DNA of 64,000 nucleotides. It comes from Alphaproteobacteria bacterium. Its GTDB lineage: Bacteria > Pseudomonadota > Alphaproteobacteria > MPNO01. Positions 9,311 to 19,000 of the stretch are shown piece after piece. The stretch is from NCBI GenBank assembly GCA_965248835.1, contig CBDFLJ010000001.1, positions 1,472,001-1,536,000 on the forward strand, in the 5' to 3' direction. Numbering within the stretch: the first letter of the stretch is position 1; the number at the start of each line of letters is the position of its first letter. Below the pieces are notes generated by a model. It was not told the origin of the DNA. It did not search any database and worked only from the letters and a program-made list of their open reading frames with translations. Both the position numbers and the translations under genes were made by a program.

Positions 9311-10702
9311 ATGACCGGCATGACGGCCATCCGCGCCCGCTGGGCGCTGACCTGTGACGGCGGCAGCAGTCGGATCGAGACCGACCGCTGGATCGTCGTC
9401 GAAGGAAGGCGCATCGCTGCGGTCACCGATACCCGGCCGGCCGGCGCCGATGCGGTGATCGACCGGCCGGATGCGCTGGTCGTGCCCGGGCTGATGAACA
9501 TGCACAACCACGGGATCTCCGCGCTCCTGTTCCGCGGCATCGTCGAGGACCGGACGACCGCGTCCTGGGCCTCGGATACGGTTTACGGACTGATCATGCC
9601 GCTCCAAGGGCTGGCCATGGAGGTGCTGGACGAGGCCGAACTGCGCGCCGTCACCGCGCTGGGCTTCCTCGCGCCGCTGAAGAGCGGGGCGACCACGGTG
9701 ATGGACAATTTCCGGCTCGGCCAGGCGGTGAGCTTCGAGGTCGCCGAAGAGCTGGGCTTGCGGCTTTACGGCATGCCCTACATCTTTTCGACCGAGGACA
9801 TGGCGATCGGCGCCGACGGAAGGCCGGTCTATGCCGCACGCCAAGGCGCCGAGAGCGATCTCGATCGCTGCCTCGGGCTGTTCGATGCCTATGACGGCGG
9901 CGCGGACGGCCGTCTCAAGGTCGGGTTCGGGCCGCACGGCGTGGATAGCTGCAATCCCGACCTCCTGGTCGCGATCCGCGAGGCGGCGCGCGAACGCGGC
10001 GCGAAGGTGACCATCCACGCCTCCCAGAGCGCGCCCGAGGGCGAGACCGTGCGGGCGCGCTACGGCCGTTCGCCGGTCGCGCAGCTCGGCCATCTCGGCT
10101 TGCTGGGTCCGGACCTCCTGGCCGCGCATTGCGTCTATGCGAGCGATGACGATCTCGCGCTGATCGCGCGCACCGGGACAGTGGTGGTGAACTGCCCGGC
10201 CTCGTTCGCGCGCGGCGCGGTCTCCGCGATCTGGCAGCGGAGCACGGACATGGCCATCCCGACCGCGATCGGGCTCGACGGGTACGCGATGGACATGGTG
10301 GGCGAGTTGCGCACCGCCGCAATCGTTTCCAAGCTGGCGACCGGGCTGTCGGAAAAGGCGGCCGCGCACGACCTGCTTGCGGCCGCGACCATCGACAGCG
10401 CCGCCGCGCTCGGCCGGCCGGACCTCGGCCGCATCGCGCCTGGGGCGGCGGCCGATCTGGTGGTCTTCGATCTGTCCGGCGCCCATCTGGTGCCGGTGAG
10501 CGATCCGATCAAGACCCTGGTCTGGCACGCCAACCCGGGCGATGTCGCAGCCGTCCTGGTCGACGGCACCATCGTGGTCCAGGACGGTCGTCACCTGCTG
10601 GTCGACGAGGCCGCCATCGTCGAAGCCGGCGCCGCCGCGGTGCGCAAGGTCTGGGCCGAAGGCCTCGAAAGGGGACTGATCAGGCCGGGCGAGATCCTTT
10701 AG
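9311..10702 (+). CDS. Amidohydrolase superfamily (Atz/Trz/SsnA-like)
   Basis: PGLMNMHNH (HxH), GATT, IHASQ, AHCV, GLDG, ADLVVFD; GGAGG RBS. Confidence 0.88.
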   Translation: MTGMTAIRARWALTCDGGSSRIETDRWIVVEGRRIAAVTDTRPAGADAVIDRPDALVVPGLMNMHNHGISALLFRGIVEDRTTASWASDTVYGLIMPLQGLAMEVLDEAELRAVTALGFLAPLKSGATTVMDNFRLGQAVSFEVAEELGLRLYGMPYIFSTEDMAIGADGRPVYAARQGAESDLDRCLGLFDAYDGGADGRLKVGFGPHGVDSCNPDLLVAIREAARERGAKVTIHASQSAPEGETVRARYGRSPVAQLGHLGLLGPDLLAAHCVYASDDDLALIARTGTVVVNCPASFARGAVSAIWQRSTDMAIPTAIGLDGYAMDMVGELRTAAIVSKLATGLSEKAAAHDLLAAATIDSAAALGRPDLGRIAPGAAADLVVFDLSGAHLVPVSDPIKTLVWHANPGDVAAVLVDGTIVVQDGRHLLVDEAAIVEAGAAAVRKVWAEGLERGLIRPGEIL

Positions 10703-11655
10703 CGCAGCAGCTTCATCACCTCGCCGGCGAACCGGTCCAGCCGCCCGCCCGCCTGGCCGGCGCTCGCCGCACCGCCCAGGAGCGAGAAGACGATGCAGGA
10801 TACGCCCGCCTCCTCCAGCGCCGCGACATCGGCGGCGACATCCTCGGCGTTGCCGGTGCACAGCGCCCGCTTGCCGTCGTCGGTCCGTTGCGGGCTCGGC
10901 CGGTAGCCGTAGGCCCAGTACGCTAGGCCGATGTCGTGCGGTGCCCGGCCGATCGCCTCGGCCTCCCGCCAAAGGGCGTCGCGCCTGGCGGTGTAGCGGG
11001 CCGCCGTGTCGAGGGGGAACTTCGGGTTCGCGCTGATCGGGAACCAGGCATCGCCCAGCCGCGCGGCGCGGCGGAGCGCCGCCCGGCTCTCGCCGCCTAT
11101 CCAGATCGGCGGGTGGGGCTTCTGCACCGGCTTGGGCGCGAAGGTGATGTCGGCGAAGCGGACATATTCGCCCTCGTACGATGGCCGGTCCTCGGTCCAC
11201 AGCACGCGGAAGGCCGCGATATACTCGTCCGTCGCCTTGCCGCGGCCGGCATAGGGTGCGCCGAGTGCCGTGAACTCTTCTTCCATCCAGCCCGTGCCGC
11301 AGCCGACGGTGAGCCTGCCGCCGGACAGGACGTCGATGCTGGCCAGCATCTTGGCGGTCTGCACCGGCGGGCGGTGCGGGACCACCATCACCGAGGTCAT
11401 CAGGCCGATCCGGCTGGTCATCGCGCCAAGCGTGGTCAGGATCGTAAGCTGCTCCAGGCATTCCTCGCCGCCGGGATAGTCGCCCGTCCGGCTATAGGGA
11501 TAGGTCGAGCCGATCGCCCGAGGGATCACGATGTGGTCGGAGACCGCGATATGGTCGAACCCCAGCGCCTCGCAGCGCGTGGCGATCTCCCGATAGCCCT
11601 CGGCAGTCGCGAGCGGGCCTCTGGTGGGTGCGTAGACGCCGATTTCCATGCTCAT
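10699..11655 (-). CDS. Luciferase-like monooxygenase (LLM), putative F420-dependent class
   Basis: GFDHIAVSDH, DVLSGGR, GTGWMEEEF, PKPVQKPHPPIWIGG; ATG at 11655 or 11649. Confidence 0.88.
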   Translation of the reverse strand: MSMEIGVYAPTRGPLATAEGYREIATRCEALGFDHIAVSDHIVIPRAIGSTYPYSRTGDYPGGEECLEQLTILTTLGAMTSRIGLMTSVMVVPHRPPVQTAKMLASIDVLSGGRLTVGCGTGWMEEEFTALGAPYAGRGKATDEYIAAFRVLWTEDRPSYEGEYVRFADITFAPKPVQKPHPPIWIGGESRAALRRAARLGDAWFPISANPKFPLDTAARYTARRDALWREAEAIGRAPHDIGLAYWAYGYRPSPQRTDDGKRALCTGNAEDVAADVAALEEAGVSCIVFSLLGGAASAGQAGGRLDRFAGEVMKLLR

Positions 11656-11740
11656 GCCGGTCCGCCGCCTGCCGCGCCGATTGCCTAAGCGGCCGGCTCT
11701 GGCATACTCGGCTGCGACGGTCAACCGAGGGAGGCACGAA

Positions 11741-12262
11741 ATGGCGCTGACCCTGCCGCTCAACCTCAATAGCTGGATCGCCGAGCACCGCGCCCTGTTG
11801 AGCCCGCCGACCGGCGCGAAGACGATCTGGGAGGATACCGACTTCATCGTCACGGTGGTCGGCGGCCCCAACGCGCGGGCGGATTTTCACGACGATCCGC
11901 TGGAGGAGTTGTTCTTCCAGGTCGAGGGCGACATCACCCTGCGGGTCATCGACGAGGGAAAGCACCGCGACATCGCGGTGCGCGAGGGCGAGATCTACCT
12001 GCTGCCGCCGCATGTGCGGCATTCGCCGCAACGCCCGGCGGGCACCGTCGGCATGATCGTGGAGCGCCGGCGCGGCCCCGGCGTCATCGACGCCTTCGAG
12101 TGGTATTGCGAGGGCTGCGGGCACCGGATGGCGCGCCGCGAGGTCTCGGTCGCCTCGCTGGCCGAGGACGTGACCGCGATGGTCGAGGCCTGGCTCGGCG
12201 ACGAAGCCTTGCGCACTTGCAAGTCCTGCGGCCACCTGAACCCGGCCCGCCCCACGGTCTGA
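11741..12262 (+). CDS. nbaC: 3-hydroxyanthranilate 3,4-dioxygenase
   Basis: GGPNARADFH, EELF, HVRHSPQRP, rubredoxin-like CEGC and CKSC pairs; 173 aa; GGGAGG RBS. Confidence 0.88.
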   Translation: MALTLPLNLNSWIAEHRALLSPPTGAKTIWEDTDFIVTVVGGPNARADFHDDPLEELFFQVEGDITLRVIDEGKHRDIAVREGEIYLLPPHVRHSPQRPAGTVGMIVERRRGPGVIDAFEWYCEGCGHRMARREVSVASLAEDVTAMVEAWLGDEALRTCKSCGHLNPARPTV

Positions 12263-12335
12263 AGAGATGCGGCCTTGCGACCGGTCCTGAAACCTGTTCC
12301 GGTCCCGGCGGCCCGGCAGGCCCCGCGACAGCGGG

Positions 12336-12920
12336 TCAGCGCAGCCCGTCTTCGCCCTTGACCTCGGCGGTGGTCAGGCCGCCGACGCGGGGGAAAGGGC
12401 GCCCGGAGTCGGTCACCGCAATGGCGACCAGGATTTCGTCGGCGCGCGGGGCGTCGGGCAGGCGCACCTCCATGCCGTCGAAATGGCTGCGGACATAGGC
12501 CGCGTCCTTGTGGCCGAGCGGGATGTCGATCGCGCTGCCGGGACCGCCCAGCTTCTTGACCGAGGGCACGAGGGCTGCGCCCTTCTCGACGGCCTTGCGC
12601 AGCGGCGCGCCGAGCCTGGGGTGCAGGATCGCCGCGGCGTGCTCCCATTCGCCGTTCTCGCCCACGATGGCGGCCTTGCCGAAGCTCTCCGCCTGATCGG
12701 GCCGAATGCCGAGCGCCTTGACGCACATCTCTCCCAGCATGCCGCCCAACTCGGCGCCGATCGCCATCAATTCGTCTAGTTCCTCGACATAGCGGCCGGC
12801 GAACGGGTTGCGGATCACTGCGATTGCGGCGGCCTTGCGGGTCGGCGGGTTGACCGGGCGGCCGAGATCGGACCTGGTCTCCTCGACGATAACGCTGGTC
12901 TTGCGGATGTCTGCGCTCAT
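12336..12920 (-). CDS. DUF1185 ('amino acid synthesis') family protein
   Basis: NPFAGRY, GKAAIVGENGEWEH, DIPLGHKDAAYVRSHFD, DAPRADE motifs; 194 aa; 1 nt downstream of a Rieske gene. Confidence 0.88.
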   Translation of the reverse strand: MSADIRKTSVIVEETRSDLGRPVNPPTRKAAAIAVIRNPFAGRYVEELDELMAIGAELGGMLGEMCVKALGIRPDQAESFGKAAIVGENGEWEHAAAILHPRLGAPLRKAVEKGAALVPSVKKLGGPGSAIDIPLGHKDAAYVRSHFDGMEVRLPDAPRADEILVAIAVTDSGRPFPRVGGLTTAEVKGEDGLR

Positions 12921-12921
12921 C

Positions 12922-13941
12922 TCAGGCCTCGGTTCGGATGCGCTCGGCGATCTTGCGCCGGAACAGGGCGGCGGACGCGTCGAGGTCGAGCCCGACGCGC
13001 GGCCCGCCCTCGTAGAGATTCTCCTCGCGCTGGATGTCCTCCAGCACCACCTTGTCCTCGGCAAACGCGACGCGGAACTGCTCGGAGATCCCCTCGCCCA
13101 CGGCCGGGTCGTCGGCACCGAAATTGCGCACATGCAGCCAGTAGTCGTAACAGCTCGTATCGGTCTCCGGCGCCATGAAGTGGCAGGAATACAGCCGGAT
13201 CGCGCCCTCGTGGTTGCCTTGGCGCGCGCGCGCCCCGGTCGGCGCGGTGCCGAAGTCGATGATCGCGATCGAGGGCGTGTACATGTGGTAATACTGCCAG
13301 CGGTCGACCTTGCCGGGGAAGTTGCCGAATGTTTTGGCGAGCCCGACGGGCTCGGAGTCGAGCGTCCAGCGGTGGGTCGTCACCCCCCAGTCCCTTTCTT
13401 CGAACGCGACCGACACACCTTCGCTGTCAGGGCTGCCGAGCGTCGTCGGGTGGACGTATTCGACATGGCTCGGGTCGCACAGATTGTCGCAGAGCAACAG
13501 ATAGTCCGCCTCGACATGCAGCGCATCGCCGTGGGCGATGCCCCAGTCCGACGCATGGTATTCCGGCAGGTCGTAGATCTTGCTCTCGTCCGCCCGGTCG
13601 GGCTCGCCCATCCAGATCCACACCAGGCCGAGCCGCTCCGCCATCGGATAGGATCGCACGCGGGCATTGGGCGGAATCACCTCCTGGCCCGGAACCCGGA
13701 CGCAGGTCCCCGAGCGGTCGAAGACCAGGCCGTGATAGCCGCACTGGACGGTATCGCCGATCAGTTTTCCGCGGGACAGCGGCAGCAGCCGGTGGGGACA
13801 GCGGTCGCGCAGCGCCGCCGGGGCGCCGTCCTCGGTCCGGAACATGACCACGGCTTCGCCGAGGATGGTCCGGCGCCTCAGCGACCGGTCGAGCTCACTG
13901 GACCACGCAGCCACGTACCAGGCGTTGCGGACAAAGGCCAT
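12922..13941 (-). CDS. Rieske non-heme iron oxygenase alpha subunit, VanA-like
   Basis: MAFVRNAWYVAA, CPH...CGYH, DNLCDPSHVEYVH, EDKVVL. Confidence 0.92.
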   Translation of the reverse strand: MAFVRNAWYVAAWSSELDRSLRRRTILGEAVVMFRTEDGAPAALRDRCPHRLLPLSRGKLIGDTVQCGYHGLVFDRSGTCVRVPGQEVIPPNARVRSYPMAERLGLVWIWMGEPDRADESKIYDLPEYHASDWGIAHGDALHVEADYLLLCDNLCDPSHVEYVHPTTLGSPDSEGVSVAFEERDWGVTTHRWTLDSEPVGLAKTFGNFPGKVDRWQYYHMYTPSIAIIDFGTAPTGARARQGNHEGAIRLYSCHFMAPETDTSCYDYWLHVRNFGADDPAVGEGISEQFRVAFAEDKVVLEDIQREENLYEGGPRVGLDLDASAALFRRKIAERIRTEA

Positions 13942-13992
13942 GCCGGGCTCTCCCGAAAGTCGGCGTCCGAAGGCGGCGACCTTACGCGAAAA

Positions 13993-14008
13993 TTTGTATG
14001 TGTACAAA
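13993..14008. promoter_or_regulatory. Putative transcription-factor operator TTTGTA-N4-TACAAA
   Basis: Perfect 6-bp inverted repeat in an AT-rich patch about 50 nt upstream of the Rieske start at 13941, in otherwise GC-rich DNA. Confidence 0.5.
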
Positions 14009-14014
14009 CAATTT

Positions 14015-14485
14015 TCAGGTGTAGTGATGCGGTGCGTCCGGGTCGCGCTCGAACGGTTCGGGCGCCGGCTCGCCGGCTTGGCGCGGCTGTCCGACGGCGG
14101 CAAAGAACCTCTCCAGCCCGCCCGGCGCGATCACCCACTGAAGGACCAGCGGCTCGTCCCCGTCGTTGCGGATCTCGTGGCTGACCTCGCTGCCCAGGAA
14201 GCAGGTCGTGCGCGGCGCGAAGGGGTGTTCCACCCCGTCGACCAGGATGCGGCCGCGACCGGAAAAGCAGGTCAGGAACTCGGCATTGGTGCCGTGGGAA
14301 TGGGCGTGGACATGGCAGCCGGGCGCTACGGTCTGAAATCCCATCGACAGCCCGTCGAAGCCGGTCCTGTCGGGGGTCAGCTTGGGCTCGGCGTAACCGT
14401 TGGCCGGCAGCGGCTGCCAGTAGCTCGCGCCCTCCCCGGGCTGGACGACGACCGCATGGCCGCGTGAGATCGGAGCCTTTTCCAT
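14015..14485 (-). CDS. Cupin domain protein
   Basis: HAHSH...E and HEIRN cupin metal motifs; AAAGGA RBS; 156 aa. Confidence 0.85.
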   Translation of the reverse strand: MEKAPISRGHAVVVQPGEGASYWQPLPANGYAEPKLTPDRTGFDGLSMGFQTVAPGCHVHAHSHGTNAEFLTCFSGRGRILVDGVEHPFAPRTTCFLGSEVSHEIRNDGDEPLVLQWVIAPGGLERFFAAVGQPRQAGEPAPEPFERDPDAPHHYT

Positions 14486-14568
14486 CGCGTTATCCTTTCT
14501 CGGTTCGACCCGTCCGGACGTGCTGCCGGCCAGGCCCGATCATCGCCCAGGGGCTGCCGGTTTGTCCA

Positions 14569-15948
14569 TCAGGAGATCGCGTGGTTGATCAGCGACAACG
14601 CCGCGGTCGCCACCACCCCGAACACCAGGGCAAAGCCGACATTGGGGCCCCAGGCCAGACGCTCCAGCCGCACTTCGAAGAGGCTGGCGGCCGTGATCGT
14701 GGAGACCGCCGACAACCCGACCATCGAGGAAAACGCCCAGGCGATCAACGCCGCTTCCATCAACACCAGGTCGGCGACGCCCGAGGGGATCTCAACCAGC
14801 AGCACCAGCAGGACGGTGATGGTGACGATTTGGTGGACGCCGATCAGCGCGAACAGCGTCGGCACGCCGATGACCGCGGCGATCACCACCAAGGGCGGCG
14901 GCATGTTGGCGCTCAGCCAGTCCGCGGCGTCGATATCGCCAAGGGCGCCGACGAGCACCCGGCCGAGCACGAACGCACAGGTGACGAGGAGGAGCTCGCC
15001 TTGGACCGTCGGGGTCCGGGCGATCACCGTCCGCACCATGTCGATGAGCGCCGGGCGTCCGACCGGGGCAAGCGCCAGCAGGCAAAGAACCGGGATGCCG
15101 GTCACCAGCGCCTCCAGCGAGCGCAGCGCGGTGAAGCTCGCCAGCATCACCACCGCGACTGCCGCGATCAGGACCGACGGCACCACCGGCAGCAGCGCCA
15201 CCAAGCCGCCCCACCGCGTCCGCCCCGCCATCGCCTGGCCGATCAGGAGACCGGGGACGGAGAGCGCCATGCCGAGACACATGATCGACCAGAGCGGCAC
15301 ATCGGGCAGATGCTGATATGCCACCACCATCGCGACCCAGAACGGCGACCACAGCCCGGCCAGGCCCATGCCGCGCTGGGACATGATCGCGCCGGAAAAC
15401 CGCGTCGCTTCCGGCGCCTTTGCGCCGTAGATCGGCGACATCACCGCATGGGCGCCCACCACCAGGACCGAGCCGATTACATAGGCGCCGTAGAGCGTCG
15501 CGCCGGCCCGCTGGTCGGCCGGCAACCCGGCAAACAGCGTTCGCGCGCGCGCGGTCTCGGGCCGCCGCTCGGCCGTTGCGCGCAGGACGATCAGGGTGCC
15601 GAAGAAGGCAACGAAGACGCTCGCCGATTCGAGCCCGGCGACCAGCGCCTGCCAGTCTTCCCGGACGGCGGCGATCGCGAGCGCCGTCAAGCCCAGCCCG
15701 CCGACCAGCGGGACCGTCCGGCGGCGCAGGCTGCCCAGCCCGACCACGAACAGGGCGGCCATCGTCAGCGCCGGGAGCGGATCCAACCCGATCCCGGGGA
15801 TCAGGATCCCGACCAGCGCCACGAGCCAGACGGCGATGAACAGCGCCTCGATGATCGGGGTCGTGCCCCGCCGCCAGAGTCTTGCCAAAATCGCCGCGTT
15901 CCGATGACCGGTCTTGCGCGCACCATGCCGCCGCCCGATCTGCAGCAT
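14569..15948 (-). CDS. Multi-pass membrane protein, probable secondary transporter (start uncertain: 15948 or TTG 15888)
   Basis: Roughly a dozen hydrophobic segments, WSPF motif, GVHQ near the C-terminus; family not recognised with certainty. Confidence 0.7.
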   Translation of the reverse strand: MLQIGRRHGARKTGHRNAAILARLWRRGTTPIIEALFIAVWLVALVGILIPGIGLDPLPALTMAALFVVGLGSLRRRTVPLVGGLGLTALAIAAVREDWQALVAGLESASVFVAFFGTLIVLRATAERRPETARARTLFAGLPADQRAGATLYGAYVIGSVLVVGAHAVMSPIYGAKAPEATRFSGAIMSQRGMGLAGLWSPFWVAMVVAYQHLPDVPLWSIMCLGMALSVPGLLIGQAMAGRTRWGGLVALLPVVPSVLIAAVAVVMLASFTALRSLEALVTGIPVLCLLALAPVGRPALIDMVRTVIARTPTVQGELLLVTCAFVLGRVLVGALGDIDAADWLSANMPPPLVVIAAVIGVPTLFALIGVHQIVTITVLLVLLVEIPSGVADLVLMEAALIAWAFSSMVGLSAVSTITAASLFEVRLERLAWGPNVGFALVFGVVATAALSLINHAIS

Positions 15949-16071
15949 TATATCGCCCGACCCGCAAGACGGGTTGGCGGTATACTGCCGTGCGGGGCCG
16001 CGCCGTGGCAATTTCATAACCGGTGTTTGACGAGTTTCGGCGTGCCCCGGGTGCGGTAAAGGGCTGTCAGC

Positions 16072-19000
16072 ATGCGGGACGAACGCCAAGTCCAGGCCGA
16101 GCGCATCGAATCGCTCGCCGAGAAGGTCCGCCGGCGGGAAGGCGTCGAGGCCGCACGGTTCCTCAAGCGGTTTTACGAGCAGGTCGCGCCAAGGGACCTG
16201 TTGCCGCGCGCAGAGCCGGCCCTGGTCGGCGGCGCGCTGTCGGCCTGGCAGTTGCTGCGCTCGCGCACCCACGGAACGGCCCGCATCAGGGTGTTCAACC
16301 CCGACGAGAAGGCCGACGGCTGGACCTCGCCCCATACCGTCGTGGAGATTGTCAACGACGACATGCCCTTCCTGGTCGATTCGGTCTCAGCCGAGATCAA
16401 TCGGCAGGACCTGTCGATCCACCAGGTCATCCATCCGGTTGTCCATGTCCAGCGCGACCGCGCGGGACGACTCAGATCGCTGGTCGATCCCCCGGCGGGC
16501 GGCAACGGCACGATCGCCGAATCGGTGATGCATTTGGAGGTCACCGAGTTGCGGCGACCGGGAACGCTGGAGTGGCTCCAGGAGCGCCTGGAACGAGTCC
16601 TCGAGGACGTGCGCGCAGCGGTCGAGGACTGGAGCGCGATGCGGCTTCGGACCGCGGATCTCGCCGCCTCGTTCGACGACAACCCGCCGCCGGTCCTGGA
16701 CGCCGACCTGGCGGAGGCCAAGACGTTCCTGCGCTGGCTGAAGGAGGGCAACTACACCTTCATCGGCTATCGCGAATACGGTTTGGCAAGCGACCGGGGC
16801 GGCACGACGCTGCGGCTCGCGCCGGAGTCCGGACTCGGCGTGCTGCGCGATCCGAAACGCAGCGTGCTGACCGGGCTCGCCGACGGCGCGGTCGTGCCGG
16901 CCCACGTCGCGGCCTACATGCTGGCGCCCTCGGTGGTGATGGTCTCCAAGGCCAACGGGCGCTCGCAGGTGCACCGGGCGGTGCATCTGGACACGATCAT
17001 GGTCAAGAAGTTCGCCGCCGGGGGCGCGGTCACGGGCCTGCGGGTCTTCGTCGGGCTGTTCACGTCCTCGGTTTACCACCAGGCGCTCGCGGACATCCCG
17101 CTGCTGTCGCGCAAGGTCGACAGCGTGATCGGGCGCGCCGGGTTACAGCCGACCAGCCATGACGGGATGACGCTGCTCAACATCCTGGAATCGCTGCCGC
17201 GCGACGACCTGTTCCAATATTCCGAGGACGACCTGCTGGCGACGGTTCAGGGCGTCCTCGACCTCCAGGGACGCCAGCGGGTTGCGCTGTTCGTCCGCCG
17301 CGACCCGTTCGGACGGTTCGTGTCCTGTCTGATCTATATGCCGCGCGAGCGCTACACCACGCAGATGCGCGAGCGCATGCAGCGGATCGTCGAGGAGGGT
17401 TTCGGCGGACGCGTGACGATCTTCTACGTCCAGGTCTCCGATGCGCCCCACGCCCGGCTGCAGTTCATCGTTCGGATCGAGCGCGCCGGCGACCCGGAGC
17501 CCGATCTCGGAGAGATCGAACGCCGACTGGTCGAAACCGGACGCGACTGGCGGGACGAGCTCAGCCATGCCCTTGTCGCCGCCCATGGCGAGGCCGACGG
17601 ACTGGAAGTCTTCGATCTCTACGCCGATGCCTTCCCGGCGAGCTACCAGGAACGAAACGGCTCCGAGGCTGCGCTGCGCGACATCGCCAAGATCGAGGCG
17701 GTGCTGGAGACCGGCGAGATCGCCGCCGATCTCTACCGCCCGGAAGAGGAATCCGCCAACCGGATCCGGTTCAAGGTCTATCACCCCGACGACCAGCTAC
17801 CGCTGTCCGATGTCTTGCCGATCCTGGAGAACATGGGTGTCCGGGTGATCAACGAGATCCCGCACGGGATCCTCAGGGAAGCTGCGGAGCGGGAGGTCTG
17901 GCTCCACGATTTCGGGCTGGAGACCAGGTCCGGCCGCGAAATCGACCTGGATCGGGTCAAGGCGAATTTCGAGGCCTTGTTCACCGAAATCTGCCGCGGC
18001 GCGATGGAGGATGACGGGTTCAACGCGCTGGTCGCCGCGACCGGTCTGGATGGACGGCGGGTCTCGGTCCTGCGCGCCTACTGCAAGTATCTGCGCCAGG
18101 CGGCGATCCCGTTCAGCCAAGCCTATATGGAAGCGACGCTGCTGGCCAATCCGCAGATCACGCAATCGATCATCGCCCTGTTCGAGGCAATCTTCGATCC
18201 GAATACAGAAGATCGGCGCGAGCGCCGGACCAGATCATTGCTCGGCAAGATCGAGACTGCGCTCGATGCGGTGGAGAACCTCGACCAGGACCGCATCCTG
18301 CGGCGGTATCTCAACGTCGTGCTGGCGACGCTCAGGACCAACTACTATCAGACCGAGGCGAGCGGCGCGCCGAAGTCCTGCATTTCGTTCAAGATCGATT
18401 CCCATGCCATCGACGACCTGCCTGCGCCGGCGCCGCTGGTGGAGATCTTCGTCTATTCGCCGCGCCTCGAGGCGATCCATCTGCGCGGCGGCAAGGTGGC
18501 GCGCGGCGGCATCCGGTGGTCGGACCGGCGGGAGGATTTCCGCACCGAGATCCTGAGTCTGATGAAAGCCCAGATGACCAAGAACAGCGTCATCGTGCCG
18601 GTCGGCGCCAAGGGCGGCTTCGTGGTCAAGCAGCCGCCGGCCGAAGGCGGGTACGATGCACTCCAGGCCGAGGGCATCGCCTGCTACCGGACGATGATGT
18701 CGGGCTTGCTGGACCTGACCGACAACCTCAAGCCCGGCGGGCTGGTCCATCCCGAGCGCGTGGTCCGCCGCGACGGGGACGACCCGTATCTCGTGGTCGC
18801 GGCCGACAAGGGAACGGCGACCTTCTCGGACATCGCCAATGCGCTGGCGCGCGCATACGACTTCTGGTTGGACGATGCCTTCGCCTCAGGCGGGTCGGCC
18901 GGATACGACCACAAGAAGATGGGGATCACCGCGCGCGGGGCGTGGGAGTCGGTCAAGCGCCATTTCCGCGAGATCGGCATCGACACCCAGGCGCAGGACT

